From a virus, in the IMG/VR virus record IMGVR_UViG_3300036781_000179, positions 1 through 64,000 of that record: a stretch of 64,000 bases of DNA. One strand, given 5' to 3'. Both the position numbers and the translations under genes were made by a program. Positions 9,006 through 18,990 of the stretch are shown piece after piece (the stretch's first letter is position 1; each line of letters starts with the position of its first letter). The notes below the pieces were generated by a model, which saw only the letters and a program-made list of their open reading frames with translations, made no database searches and was not told the origin of the DNA.

Positions 9006-9036
9006 CAAACATATAAAGTATATATCATATATGCAA
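9006..9036 (-). promoter_or_regulatory. Leftward early promoter (TTG...TATGTTTG)
   Basis: Minus strand TTGCATATATGATATATACTTTATATGTTTG matches the Bacteroidota -33/-7 consensus. Confidence 0.7.
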
Positions 9037-9973
9037 ATAAAAATGAAAATAAATGTAAACTATTTTTAAAACAAGTATAAAACCCTACAACAAACAATAA
9101 CTTTTAACCCTATACAACACTGGCTAACATGTAACAATCCTTTACAGCCCTTTAAAACACCATTGTAACCACTATACCCTCTAACAACAATAAACACTTT
9201 TACCACTGATCACACCTTATTAACAACTGTTACTATTTTTATTACAGTTTATACATTATAAACCACTCTTAACACAGGTTACCCTTTTAATACCATTTAG
9301 TAATACATTACTACCTTTTGGTTGGTTATTACTGTTTTATTGCTGTTTTTACAGGGTGGATTATCCCTCCCTTGAACTCATTGTAACAAATTGACACAAT
9401 AGTAACCAATTGTTTTATAGCAAGTTATAGGATTTAAACTGTTTACCATTTATACCCTGTTTAAACCGTTGTAAGGGTGTAACACAATAACCATGGTTAA
9501 CACAGTAACAGGTGTAATAGGGGTTTACAATCCTGTTAACAGGGTTTATCAGGAGTAACGGTGATCAGGGTTTAAAACCGTTTATCAGGGGTGGGGTAGT
9601 GTGTAGCCCCGGGTATTCCGGCTTTTAGGTGGTGGAACGTGATAACGGGGGGATAGTCACCACTGTATACCCATATACAGCTTTTTAAAAATAAACCATA
9701 AAAAAAATTGGAAAAATTTTTGAAAAATAGTTTTGCAGTGTTTTTACAAGTAATAAAGTTTTATCATTAAAATCATGTTATATATTAATACGTGAAAATG
9801 ATGACTTGTTAAAAGTGTTATAACTTACTGTATTACTGTTAATTACAAAAGTTTAACTGGTATCAATCAGTTGATAAAAAAGCAATAACTACTTTATAGG
9901 TAAAGTGTCAATTAACTATTGCAATAAAATGAAATAAAAAGTGTCAATGTATTGATAGTTTAACAAATAGTAG

Positions 9974-9981
9974 TATCTTTG
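9974..9981 (+). promoter_or_regulatory. Bacteroidota -7 box; probably a leaderless transcript of the RepL-like gene
   Basis: TATCTTTG ends 4 nt before ATG 9986. Confidence 0.65.
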
Positions 9982-9985
9982 ATAT

Positions 9986-10477
9986 ATGGTTATGAAACGA
10001 AAGAAGCCCGACTTTGTAAATGAGAAAATGGGTATCAATCCTTTTGAGAGTGGATTACAGATATATGTCAATAAGAAGTTTAAAAAGGTAACTAATAAAT
10101 ATGATCAACCGGATCAGCAGGAGTTTGATTATGAAGCTACGCCCTATACAAAAGTTTTCGATGTACCGGATGATAAGAAGAATATAATAGACTTACCAAT
10201 TAGGTGTAAGGAGTTGTACCTGTACTTCATTCACTCATTAACTCCTGCACAGGATTACTTGTGGATTGATAAGGGTGTTTATATGAAACAAATGAAAATA
10301 AAAGCTTTAAACACATATAAACAGGCGGTTAATGGTTTGTGTGAGGCTGGTTATATTGCAAAGCATACAAGGCTGGCAAATGTATTTTGGATTAATCCTT
10401 ATTACTTTTTCAAGGGTAGTAGGATTAACAAGTATCCGACTAAAGTTTATGTAAAATCAAAAAAGGAGATAGTATAA
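9986..10477 (+). CDS. RepL-like (plasmid replication/maintenance) winged-helix protein
   Basis: wHTH-like LNTYKQAVNGLCEAGYI followed by VFWINPYYFFKG, the RepL-type C-terminal motif. Confidence 0.7.
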   Translation: MVMKRKKPDFVNEKMGINPFESGLQIYVNKKFKKVTNKYDQPDQQEFDYEATPYTKVFDVPDDKKNIIDLPIRCKELYLYFIHSLTPAQDYLWIDKGVYMKQMKIKALNTYKQAVNGLCEAGYIAKHTRLANVFWINPYYFFKGSRINKYPTKVYVKSKKEIV

Positions 10478-10728
10478 TGGCATTAAAAATTCAAATATAT
10501 CAAAACACGCCAATCAAAGATGGGTTTAGTTTAAATATTGTAGCCTCTGTTGATTTTATAGAGGAACTATGTATATTAAAAACAATTATTGAGAATCAAT
10601 GCCAATCCCACTGTATGGGAGTTACAATAGAATCGCTTGGCCCTATTAAAGTAAAGAAGTTATATAGTTTCAATTTTAAATCAGTGTACGGGGGGAGTGC
10701 AGAGTTAACTTCACAAATTATAAAGTAA
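10477..10728 (+). CDS. hypothetical protein
   Basis: Coupled ORF. Confidence 0.6.
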   Translation: MALKIQIYQNTPIKDGFSLNIVASVDFIEELCILKTIIENQCQSHCMGVTIESLGPIKVKKLYSFNFKSVYGGSAELTSQIIK

Positions 10729-10773
10729 AAACCTCATTTAAATAGTAAATAACCAATTAACAAACGAATTGAT

Positions 10774-10965
10774 ATGACAGCAACAAGTTACTACACGATC
10801 ATTAAGAACTGTTTAAGCGGTGATTACGCTGACTCAGAGGACATGGATAAGGAAACGATACGGGACTTTCTGTTAAGCCAGTTACAAATTGATTTAAGCA
10901 TTGGGGAATTGTTTATGCAGGAGGTAGTGGATTTAAGGAGGGATATAATAACAATGTTAACATGA
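10774..10965 (+). CDS. hypothetical protein
   Basis: 63-aa ORF. Confidence 0.6.
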   Translation: MTATSYYTIIKNCLSGDYADSEDMDKETIRDFLLSQLQIDLSIGELFMQEVVDLRRDIITMLT

Positions 10966-11321
10966 GTATACAAATAGAAATACCAATTGTATTTGGTAGT
11001 AAATCAAAAGACCGGATAATAAAAGCATCATTTAGTAAACTAACACTTGATGAAAAGTTTTTAATTGGCAGAACTGTTTACAGGTATGAAACCCCAATTG
11101 ATAAGGATGATGAAAAGAAGGGCTATAAAGAAGAATTAATAAATGAGAAGTCTTACACTGCAAAAGATAAAATTGTGCAAATAGGTGTGGCTTATGATGG
11201 CGAGGAAGATGTTTACTTTGTAGCAGTGGAAAAGATTAATAAAACCATGTTCTTCAATGTAGAATCAGCAGAAAAGGGTAACGAGTTGTTAAACCAATTA
11301 ATAGAGTGGTGGAAATCATGA
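10962..11321 (+). CDS. hypothetical protein
   Basis: 119-aa coupled ORF. Confidence 0.7.
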   Translation: MSIQIEIPIVFGSKSKDRIIKASFSKLTLDEKFLIGRTVYRYETPIDKDDEKKGYKEELINEKSYTAKDKIVQIGVAYDGEEDVYFVAVEKINKTMFFNVESAEKGNELLNQLIEWWKS

Positions 11322-11521
11322 CCGACAATCAATACTTATGGATGGGAATCACAGTTGATGGTATCTGTTTTCTAACAGCTATATACTTGGTAACAGTGGG
11401 TAACTGGAAGGAAAGAATGAAGGAAATAAAACGTAAACCCAAGACTGTTAAAAACAACTTTTGGACAATTACCAAACAAGAAATTATTGACGAATTTAAA
11501 TTTGATAAAAATGGATACTAA
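11306..11521 (+). CDS. small membrane protein
   Basis: One hydrophobic segment YLWMGITVDGICFLTAIYLVTV. Confidence 0.55.
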   Translation: MVEIMTDNQYLWMGITVDGICFLTAIYLVTVGNWKERMKEIKRKPKTVKNNFWTITKQEIIDEFKFDKNGY

Positions 11522-11714
11522 AATGTGGCAACTATGCCCTAAATGCAACGGGAGTGGGACAGTAATTGATAATTATTATGGTAATTTTCAAAGTGGAGTA
11601 TGTGATTTATGTTGTGGCTCAAAACTTATTAGTTTATTAACTGGACTGCCTCCATATAAAGTTACAACACAAACATCTGACACAACTAATTTAATAGTAA
11701 CGATTAACAAATGA
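11487..11714 (+). CDS. DnaJ-type zinc-finger small protein
   Basis: CPKCNGSG ... CDLCCGS. Confidence 0.65.
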   Translation: MTNLNLIKMDTKMWQLCPKCNGSGTVIDNYYGNFQSGVCDLCCGSKLISLLTGLPPYKVTTQTSDTTNLIVTINK

Positions 11715-11899
11715 AAACAGAACCAACCTACGAACTAAACGTTGAAAAGCTACAATCACTAAGTATAGCTGATTTAACAGGACTGATGCAATTAATGACG
11801 AGTGGAGAACATTATTTACCAATACTAAAAGCCACTATTATATTGGAAGCCACATCAACAGAACTGGACAAACGTATTAATGATATTATCATTTTTTAA
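11711..11899 (+). CDS. hypothetical protein (paralog of 18747-18938)
   Basis: LSIADL...ELDKRI. Confidence 0.6.
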   Translation: MKTEPTYELNVEKLQSLSIADLTGLMQLMTSGEHYLPILKATIILEATSTELDKRINDIIIF

Positions 11900-11901
11900 T
11901 T

Positions 11902-12096
11902 ATGGATGAGAGAAAGTATATGGACAAAATAATGCTTCTTGAAGAAGAAGTTGAGAAGTATAAATCTGATTGTGAAGATTTGAAGTATCACTTCTTAGCA
12001 TTATTACAGGATTACGCCATAGTAATATCACAAGAAGGGTACGCAAATAAAAATGATATAACAGAATTGTGGATGAATAAAATAAAATATCTTTAA
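11902..12096 (+). CDS. hypothetical protein
   Basis: 64-aa ORF. Confidence 0.6.
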   Translation: MDERKYMDKIMLLEEEVEKYKSDCEDLKYHFLALLQDYAIVISQEGYANKNDITELWMNKIKYL

Positions 12097-12098
12097 TT

Positions 12099-12380
12099 AT
12101 GGAATGGAATACAAACATAAAAGATATGTATGAGGTTGCCAATACCGAAAGATTGGTTGTTAGTTTTAATAATGGAACATGGTTGCCACATAATTCACCG
12201 GGATGGCCAAGTTATTTAGTTACAGGATGGATTTTATTACCAGAATTACCACATCAACCAAAATTAGTATGGCAACGTTCAACCAAGGCTATGCCTGATA
12301 TATGGATTACATCAACTGATGAAGATTACGAAAAGGGTAAAAATCTACCAAAATTTAATTGGAGACGAAAGGAAATATAA
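12099..12380 (+). CDS. hypothetical protein (DUF551-like N-terminal part)
   Basis: MEWN...VTGWILLPELP. Confidence 0.55.
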   Translation: MEWNTNIKDMYEVANTERLVVSFNNGTWLPHNSPGWPSYLVTGWILLPELPHQPKLVWQRSTKAMPDIWITSTDEDYEKGKNLPKFNWRRKEI

Positions 12381-12442
12381 TGACAGAGCAGGAATTTAGA
12401 TAGCACCGTTTCTTATGTGGCTACTAATAAAAAAGTATAATA

Positions 12443-12877
12443 ATGGCACACGAACAGAAATTTGTAATTGAGAAAACAGACACAGGAATCAAAGGTTCTA
12501 AAGCCATTAGGAACGCCATAGACGAACTTTCTAATGGTAGGTGGGTAGTAACTATAGCCAAGTATAAAAAGAAGCGTAGTAACAACCAAAACAGGTTTTA
12601 TTTCGGGAACTTCATTGCATCCCAGATAGAGTGTTTCCAAGAAAGATGGGGTGAAACGTACAGGCAAGAACAGGTACACGATTGGAACAAGGCTAACTTT
12701 TGGGCAGACAGTCACATCAATGAAGATACAGGTGAGGTAATTATGAAACCTGCGTCATCCACTGACAACAACACGATTGAGTGGGAAGAAAAGTTAGAAA
12801 AGATAAGACAGTGGTTCAGACAAAACATGGATTGGGAACTTCCTTTTCCCCTGCAACAAACGGAAATAGATTTATAA
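12443..12877 (+). CDS. NinB/YbcN-like recombination-associated protein
   Basis: VTIAKYKKKRSNNQNRFYFG...QVHDWNK...SSTD, a NinB-type pattern. Confidence 0.65.
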   Translation: MAHEQKFVIEKTDTGIKGSKAIRNAIDELSNGRWVVTIAKYKKKRSNNQNRFYFGNFIASQIECFQERWGETYRQEQVHDWNKANFWADSHINEDTGEVIMKPASSTDNNTIEWEEKLEKIRQWFRQNMDWELPFPLQQTEIDL

Positions 12878-12893
12878 ACATAAAAAACTAATA

Positions 12894-13082
12894 ATGGAAA
12901 CACTATCAGACACTGATTTAAAACGTGAGGCACGAAACAAGGCTTTACAGACAGCAGAACACATGCAGCCACTGAATAACATGTCTTACAACGGTAGAGG
13001 GCTACAAGACCCTAAAAGGGACATTTCACAACTGTTAAAAGATGCGGAAACAATTTATAATTGGTTAATTAAAGACCTGTAA
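12894..13082 (+). CDS. hypothetical protein (paralog of 19997-20263)
   Basis: QLLKDAETIYNWL. Confidence 0.65.
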   Translation: METLSDTDLKREARNKALQTAEHMQPLNNMSYNGRGLQDPKRDISQLLKDAETIYNWLIKDL

Positions 13083-13169
13083 CCCCTACGAAACGGAATT
13101 CCTGACTACGGTTGGGGATTTATTTTGAAAAAAAGTAAAATAATAACTTGTAAATAAAAATTAACATCG

Positions 13170-13177
13170 TATATTTG
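13170..13177 (+). promoter_or_regulatory. Bacteroidota -7 box upstream of the Cro-like gene (leaderless)
   Basis: TTG at ~13148 and TATATTTG ending 4 nt before ATG 13182. Confidence 0.65.
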
Positions 13178-13181
13178 GATT

Positions 13182-13367
13182 ATGGAATCAAAACTAAAAG
13201 AAAGAATTTCAAATTGTAAAGTAAAAAAGAAGTTTATATCAGAAGTAATAGGAGTAAACCAATCTGTATTTAGTATGTGTATCAAAGGCGACCGCCATTT
13301 ATCTCCTGAACAAGAAACTAAGTTAAAGAACTTTTTAGACAAGACAGAATCATTACAATTGGTTTAG
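13182..13367 (+). CDS. Cro/XRE-like helix-turn-helix regulator
   Basis: KKKFISEVIGVNQSVFSMCIKGDR HTH. Confidence 0.75.
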   Translation: MESKLKERISNCKVKKKFISEVIGVNQSVFSMCIKGDRHLSPEQETKLKNFLDKTESLQLV

Positions 13368-13408
13368 TAGGGTGTTTTTTAGGCTTTATACAGTAAATAA
13401 AATTTAAC

Positions 13409-13831
13409 ATGAGCACATATTCAGATAAATTAAAAGACCCTCGCTGGCAGAAAAAAAGACTTGAAATATTGAGCAGAGATAATTGGAAGTGCCATTACTG
13501 TGATGATACTAAAACAACACTTAATGTTCACCATGAAAAATATTTTAAAAATCCTTGGGAGATTAACTCGGAGTTTTTAAAAACAGTATGCGAAGTATGT
13601 CATGAGGTTATTGAGGAAGAAAAAAAACTAAAGAAAACTGTTCTGCATATTGAACGAAGAGTCTCTCAACAGAATCAAGAGTTGTTAATTTCTGTTTTTT
13701 CAAAGAAAATTGATAGCGATGAAAAATTCGTAACTCTGTATTCTAAAGATAAAAGTAAAAAGGTCGTTTATGAAGTGGCAATAACAATGCAGACAATCCA
13801 AAGATTTAATTCAATATTAAGCTCTTTATAA
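13409..13831 (+). CDS. HNH-fold protein
   Basis: DPRWQKKRLEILSRDNWKCHYC...LNVHH...TVCEVCH. Confidence 0.8.
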   Translation: MSTYSDKLKDPRWQKKRLEILSRDNWKCHYCDDTKTTLNVHHEKYFKNPWEINSEFLKTVCEVCHEVIEEEKKLKKTVLHIERRVSQQNQELLISVFSKKIDSDEKFVTLYSKDKSKKVVYEVAITMQTIQRFNSILSSL

Positions 13832-13833
13832 TT

Positions 13834-14490
13834 ATGGCAAAAGAAGCTTATTATTTTAGCCATGACCTTGGTGCACGTAATGACCCTAAGTTACAAAAAG
13901 TATTAATGAAATTGGGGCAAGCTGGAAAAGGTGTTTATTGGGATTTAGTTGAAATGCTTTTTGAAGAAGGGGGTAAACTTCTTTTATCGGAAGTTGAAAG
14001 TTATGCGTTCGCATTACGGTCGGATAACGACTGCATTACGAAACTAATAAATGACTTTGATTTGTTTGTAAAAGATGAGGTTTTCTTTTGGTCAAATAGT
14101 GTAAATCGCAGGATTTCAGAGCGTGAAGAAAAGTCTGAAAAGGCTCGTTCAAGCGCAAATGAAAGGTGGAAGATTGCGAACGCATTAAAAAATGATGCGA
14201 ACGTATTGCGAGATGAAAGCGATGGCAATGCTATAAAGGAAAAGAAAGTAAAAGAAAAAAAAGTAAAGGAAAAGTTTATTGCGCCATCCATTGGAGAAGT
14301 TTCATTATACTTTACAGAAAATGGATACGATAGGATGGCAGGAGAAAAAGCTTTTAAGTATTATGATGTGGCAGGATGGAAAGACAGTAATGGTAAGTCA
14401 GTCATTAATTGGAAACAAAAAATGCAAAGCGTTTGGTTTAAAGACGAAAATAAAATTAGACAAAGGGAAGCAAGGGGTTTAGTACACTAA
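13834..14490 (+). CDS. Phage replication initiator-like protein (DUF4373/Lin1244 N-terminus, DnaD-like C-terminus)
   Basis: YYFSHDLGARNDPKL...GVYWDLVEML; C-terminal FIAPS..EV..YF...F..YY...GW...NWK. Confidence 0.8.
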   Translation: MAKEAYYFSHDLGARNDPKLQKVLMKLGQAGKGVYWDLVEMLFEEGGKLLLSEVESYAFALRSDNDCITKLINDFDLFVKDEVFFWSNSVNRRISEREEKSEKARSSANERWKIANALKNDANVLRDESDGNAIKEKKVKEKKVKEKFIAPSIGEVSLYFTENGYDRMAGEKAFKYYDVAGWKDSNGKSVINWKQKMQSVWFKDENKIRQREARGLVH

Positions 14491-14494
14491 CAAA

Positions 14495-16309
14495 ATGGAC
14501 AAAACGATACGAGAACAATTTTCACAATTAGGAATAGAAACCAAAAGGAATCATGGCGGAGATAAAGTTCTTTGCCCAAAATGTAGCCACACACGTAAAA
14601 ATAAAAAAGACCCATGCCTTAGTATCGACTTAAACACAGGAGAGTATAACTGCCATAATAATTGCGGATTTAAGGGCAAAGTAAAAGTTTCTGAAAACTA
14701 TGTGCCAAAGCCAAAGGATTATATCAAGCCAATTTTCAATAACAAAACAGAATTGTGTGATGGAATGGTAAAGTTCTTTCAGGGGCGTGGTATAGGCCAA
14801 AAAACAATTAAGGAATTTAGAATAAGCGAATCTAAAAAGTACATGCCACAGTTGGAATCAGAAGTAACGGTTATCAACTTCAACTATTTCCGGGATGAGG
14901 ATTTAGTAAACGTTAAGTATCGTCCTGCTAAGAAAGCCTTTATGATGGTAAAGGATGCCGAACTTATATTTTTTGGGCTTAACAATATCAAAAATGAAGA
15001 TTGGTGTATCATTACGGAGGGTGAGATTGATTGCATGTCTTTTTACGAGGCCGGAGTTAAAAATGTAGTGAGCGTACCTAATGGTGCATCTAAAGGTAAC
15101 TCAAACTTAGAATATCTTGATAACTGCATTGAATACTTTGAGAAAAAGAAGAAAATTATACTTGCCACAGACAACGATGAGTCCGGAATGGCACTTAGAG
15201 AAGAACTTGCAAGAAGATTAGGATACGATATATGCTTTAAAATCGATTTTAATGACTGTAAAGACGCTAATGAGTATTTAGTGGCACATGGTATCGATAA
15301 ATTAAAAGAATTGATTACAGAGCCTAATTTAATTGAATTTCCAATGGCCGGAATCATAACAGCCGATATGGTTTGGGATGATGTAAAGTGGTTGTTAGAA
15401 AATGGACTTGAAAGAGGTGATGTGACGGAGGTTTTGAAAGAGTTTGATGAGTTGGTTTCGTTTGTTCCCGGACAATTAATGGCACTAACTGGAATACCAA
15501 ATCATGGCAAGTCTCCTTTCGCTTTGTTAATTATGGTTTGCCTATCTTTAAAGCACAGGTGGAAGTGGGGTATTTACTCGCCTGAACATAAGCCATTGGC
15601 AATATTTTTAGTTAAGATATGCGAGTTATTGCTTGGTAAAAGATCAAGAAAAGGAGTTGGTTTTAGTTCTAATGAGATGGATTTATCAAGATCGTTCATT
15701 AACGATCACTTTTTCTTTATAGAGCCTGATGATGATGACTATACACTCGATAATATTTTGTTAAAGGGGAAACAATTGGTCACACGTAAAGGGATAAGAG
15801 GCTTGCTAATTGACCCTTGGAACAAATTGGAGCACAATATGACTAAAGGCGATAATGAAACCATGTATATTTCAAAAGAACTGGATAAGGTTATTAAGTT
15901 CAATCAAAGAAATTCGGTATTTTCGATAATAATTGCTCATCCTACCAAAATCAGGAAAAATTTAAAAACAGGATTGTATGAAGTGCCAAACCTTTATGAC
16001 ATTGCAGGTTCTGCCAATTGGTTTAATAAAGTTGATATAGGAGTATGTTTTTACCGGAACTATGATACTGAATTGAGTGAAATACATGTACAAAAGATAA
16101 AATATGACCACTTAGGTAAGCAAGGTATGGTTGAAGTTAAGTACAATATGAATAGCAGTAGATTTAATGATTTATATGGCGACTACGATAACTCAAATTG
16201 GCTACTACCAAAAGAACCGCAATCGGCAATTAATTATAGTGAGCCACTAAAGTTACAGCCTAATTACAATTTTGATAAAAATGAAAAAACAGAGCCATAC
16301 CCATTTTAA
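14495..16309 (+). CDS. Bifunctional DNA primase-helicase (T7 gp4/Twinkle-like)
   Basis: Zn finger CPKC...CHNNC; Toprim ITEGEID and ATDNDESG; Walker A GIPNHGKS; LIDPWN; IAHPTK; DIAGSA. Confidence 0.92.
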   Translation: MDKTIREQFSQLGIETKRNHGGDKVLCPKCSHTRKNKKDPCLSIDLNTGEYNCHNNCGFKGKVKVSENYVPKPKDYIKPIFNNKTELCDGMVKFFQGRGIGQKTIKEFRISESKKYMPQLESEVTVINFNYFRDEDLVNVKYRPAKKAFMMVKDAELIFFGLNNIKNEDWCIITEGEIDCMSFYEAGVKNVVSVPNGASKGNSNLEYLDNCIEYFEKKKKIILATDNDESGMALREELARRLGYDICFKIDFNDCKDANEYLVAHGIDKLKELITEPNLIEFPMAGIITADMVWDDVKWLLENGLERGDVTEVLKEFDELVSFVPGQLMALTGIPNHGKSPFALLIMVCLSLKHRWKWGIYSPEHKPLAIFLVKICELLLGKRSRKGVGFSSNEMDLSRSFINDHFFFIEPDDDDYTLDNILLKGKQLVTRKGIRGLLIDPWNKLEHNMTKGDNETMYISKELDKVIKFNQRNSVFSIIIAHPTKIRKNLKTGLYEVPNLYDIAGSANWFNKVDIGVCFYRNYDTELSEIHVQKIKYDHLGKQGMVEVKYNMNSSRFNDLYGDYDNSNWLLPKEPQSAINYSEPLKLQPNYNFDKNEKTEPYPF

Positions 16310-16414
16310 CAAAAAATTTATAGAAAGTTACCTCGCAGAGCGAAACAAAATTTTATTAAGACTATACCCCAATGATAAAACACTAACAGATTATTTAAAT
16401 AAACAGAAAACAAA

Positions 16415-16603
16415 ATGAATATGAAAAAAAATGACAGAAATTGGATTGCAGTTTTCGAAACCTTACCTGAATTTGAGGATTACTACGAAGTTAAATTTAA
16501 AGACGGGACAACAGATGAAAAACCATTTCGCATAAGGCCATCAAAAAATATAAAAGGATTTATGACAGAAACTGAAGTAACACATTGGAGAGAATTAGCA
16601 TGA
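16415..16603 (+). CDS. DUF551-like small protein
   Basis: WIAV..TLP...VTHWR. Confidence 0.65.
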   Translation: MNMKKNDRNWIAVFETLPEFEDYYEVKFKDGTTDEKPFRIRPSKNIKGFMTETEVTHWRELA

Positions 16604-16857
16604 CCCATAAACTACTATCCTTAAAGCCCAATGTCTATTACGACATAAGCCAACATCACGAACGTGAAAGCATTGTTAGTGCTATCAAGTATTTACAATC
16701 ACAGAATGAGCCTTTCAGGTTTAACGATGATGAAACTAAATTCCAACGATTATCAACTGACCCTTTTGATTTAAAGGATGAACAGGGATATAGTGTGATT
16801 AAGAGAGGACGACATGAAGAATTGATGTACAATAATAAGTTAATTGCAATAAGATAA
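16585..16857 (+). CDS. hypothetical protein
   Basis: 90-aa coupled ORF. Confidence 0.6.
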   Translation: MERISMTHKLLSLKPNVYYDISQHHERESIVSAIKYLQSQNEPFRFNDDETKFQRLSTDPFDLKDEQGYSVIKRGRHEELMYNNKLIAIR

Positions 16858-17129
16858 TGGCAGAAGAATTACCAGATGGCACAAGGCAAGGATATTTTGC
16901 TTCGTGCCCAAAATGTAGAAAAACAATTGAGACTAATATTCAAGGGAATATATTAAGCGATCACAACTGCTACAAAAATGTAAAGCTTGAAAGTGGTGGA
17001 GGGATAGTTGGCATTGTTGATTACGAAAATAAAGATATTTCATTTTCAAACTATAACATAAAAACACAAATATCAGAACTATCCTTTAACGATATAAAAA
17101 ACATATATGAAAGTATTTTCGGCATTTGA
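16857..17129 (+). CDS. hypothetical zinc-ribbon protein
   Basis: CPKC...HNC. Confidence 0.55.
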   Translation: MAEELPDGTRQGYFASCPKCRKTIETNIQGNILSDHNCYKNVKLESGGGIVGIVDYENKDISFSNYNIKTQISELSFNDIKNIYESIFGI

Positions 17130-17967
17130 TGGCATGAGTTGTCTACAGTTAGCGCTAAATAGAATTGGCATATCACCAAAAGCCTATTACGCTTCTGAAA
17201 TTAAACCACATGCCATAAGATTGACCCAACACAATTTTACAAACACCATTCAAGTAGGTGATATTACAAAAGTTAAAGGAGACGACATAGGACACATTGA
17301 CCTTTTTGCGGGAGGTTCTCCTTGTCAAGACCTATCAAGGGCAAATAAAGAAAGGCTCGGCTTAGATGGCTTAAAAAGCGGTCTATTCTTTCATTATTTA
17401 CGGCTATACCATGAACTAAAACAAATAAACCCAAACATTAAGTTTTTACTTGAAAATGTAATAATGAGTGATGCTGATTATTGGATTATTTCTAAATATA
17501 TGAACGTATTGCCAATTAATATTGATAGTCGTTTGGTATCAGCACAACAACGAGATAGACTTTACTGGACTAATATTGGATTAACAGAAAGTGGGCTGTT
17601 TGGAGATTTAACCTCATCAATACCACAGCCACAAAATAAAAAAATCAGACTTTCTGATATATTAGAGAGTGGATACACCGATAGGGTCAAGTCAACTTGT
17701 GTAATGGAAGGATGGTCAAGGCCAAATAGCCTTAAAAGCCCTGAAAGGATGTTTAAAAGGCACCAAAAAGGGTTCACTACTTATATCTTTGAAGATAAGT
17801 CATTAGATTGGCGCAAAGGCATTAGGTATATGAGCCAAACAGAAATGGAAAGATTACAAACGGTTCCAGATGGGTACACTTCAATATTGACTAGGAATCA
17901 AGCAGCTTGTTTACTTGGCGATGGTTGGACTATAGACGTAATATCACATATTTTATCTTATTTATGA
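17107..17967 (+). CDS. DNA (cytosine-5)-methyltransferase
   Basis: FSAFDGM (I), GGSPCQDLS (IV), LLENV (VI), QQRDRLYW (VIII), ERLQTVP (IX), LGDGW (X). Confidence 0.92.
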   Translation: MKVFSAFDGMSCLQLALNRIGISPKAYYASEIKPHAIRLTQHNFTNTIQVGDITKVKGDDIGHIDLFAGGSPCQDLSRANKERLGLDGLKSGLFFHYLRLYHELKQINPNIKFLLENVIMSDADYWIISKYMNVLPINIDSRLVSAQQRDRLYWTNIGLTESGLFGDLTSSIPQPQNKKIRLSDILESGYTDRVKSTCVMEGWSRPNSLKSPERMFKRHQKGFTTYIFEDKSLDWRKGIRYMSQTEMERLQTVPDGYTSILTRNQAACLLGDGWTIDVISHILSYL

Positions 17968-18022
17968 ATAACCCCCAATACCACTTACTCCCCGGATACA
18001 TTAAATATAGAAAGGAAACATC

Positions 18023-18280
18023 ATGGAGATAACAGCTAAAAAGATTAAAGCACTATTTGAAGCCATGGAAGATATTGGTGCTAAAGAAGTATATTTTGGT
18101 AAAAATTCACATTCGGATTTAAAAAAAGATATTGATGAATGGTTTTATAAACGGTCACATCACAATAATTTTTATGTTTGGGGTGAAAGTGGAAGATATG
18201 GACATTGGTCTTATGTGACTAATGGAAGTGAGGATAGAAATGACAATTTATTAAAAATAACATTTTTAGAATACATATAA
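18023..18280 (+). CDS. hypothetical protein
   Basis: 85-aa ORF. Confidence 0.6.
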   Translation: MEITAKKIKALFEAMEDIGAKEVYFGKNSHSDLKKDIDEWFYKRSHHNNFYVWGESGRYGHWSYVTNGSEDRNDNLLKITFLEYI

Positions 18281-18399
18281 CAAGTTTAAACACGTCTATG
18301 GCTTTAATATAGCCACCACAGTGTATTTAAATTGTAAAATGGATATATGTATCAACAGAAGTAGCAAACAGGCTGTAATGGTCTTAAAACAAGTTAAAA

Positions 18400-18600
18400 A
18401 TGAAAACAGAAAAAAATACATTTAACAGATTCAGTATTAACAACCGTTGGAAACAACGTAAGATACAGAGAAGCGATAATTGGTTGGTATTTGGTATTCA
18501 AACTTGGTGGGCATCCCCTTATGATTATTGTTATAAAATTGGATTTTTTGGTATAGATTTTCAGTTTTGGTTCAAACGATCATATATTTTACCAAGTTAA
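18400..18600 (+). CDS. hypothetical protein (aromatic-rich)
   Basis: 66-aa ORF. Confidence 0.55.
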   Translation: MKTEKNTFNRFSINNRWKQRKIQRSDNWLVFGIQTWWASPYDYCYKIGFFGIDFQFWFKRSYILPS

Positions 18601-18746
18601 CGCCAACGGTTGAGTTACTTGAAATTTTAAAATTAACCCCGGGCCTAAGAATTTATGATTTATACTTAAACCAGAAATCTATTAAATTTCAAATGATTGA
18701 TTATCAGATAATTAAACAAGGGCCTAAGAATTAAAAAAAACAAAAT

Positions 18747-18938
18747 ATGAGCATACAAAAAAATTGGAGTATAAATCAAGAAAATATGTCAAAACTATCA
18801 AATAGTGATTTATATGCGCTGTTAAAAATGTGCGCTATCTATCCAACATTTCCTATTTTAGATAATGAAATAAAAAGTGAATTAGATAAAAGAATTTCTG
18901 AATTAATAGTCATTGACGATGTTTCAACCAACACCTGA
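18747..18938 (+). CDS. hypothetical protein (paralog of 11711-11899)
   Basis: LSNSDL...ELDKRI. Confidence 0.6.
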   Translation: MSIQKNWSINQENMSKLSNSDLYALLKMCAIYPTFPILDNEIKSELDKRISELIVIDDVSTNT

Positions 18939-18990
18939 ATTTTTACAAAACTTCATCAGCAACAGAAAATGTATAATGATTTTTTTTATT

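Larger units (their letters stand above)
8965..9985. other. ~1 kb non-coding divergence region; candidate replication origin or genome terminus/packaging region
   Basis: No ORF of 60 aa or more; coding strand switches here; A/C-rich left half changes to G/T-rich right half; many TAAC/GTTA words; G-runs followed by A/T tracts. Confidence 0.55.

Noticed and set aside
9586-9660. G-quadruplex
   Set aside because: G-runs are few and widely spaced; cannot be supported from the sequence alone.
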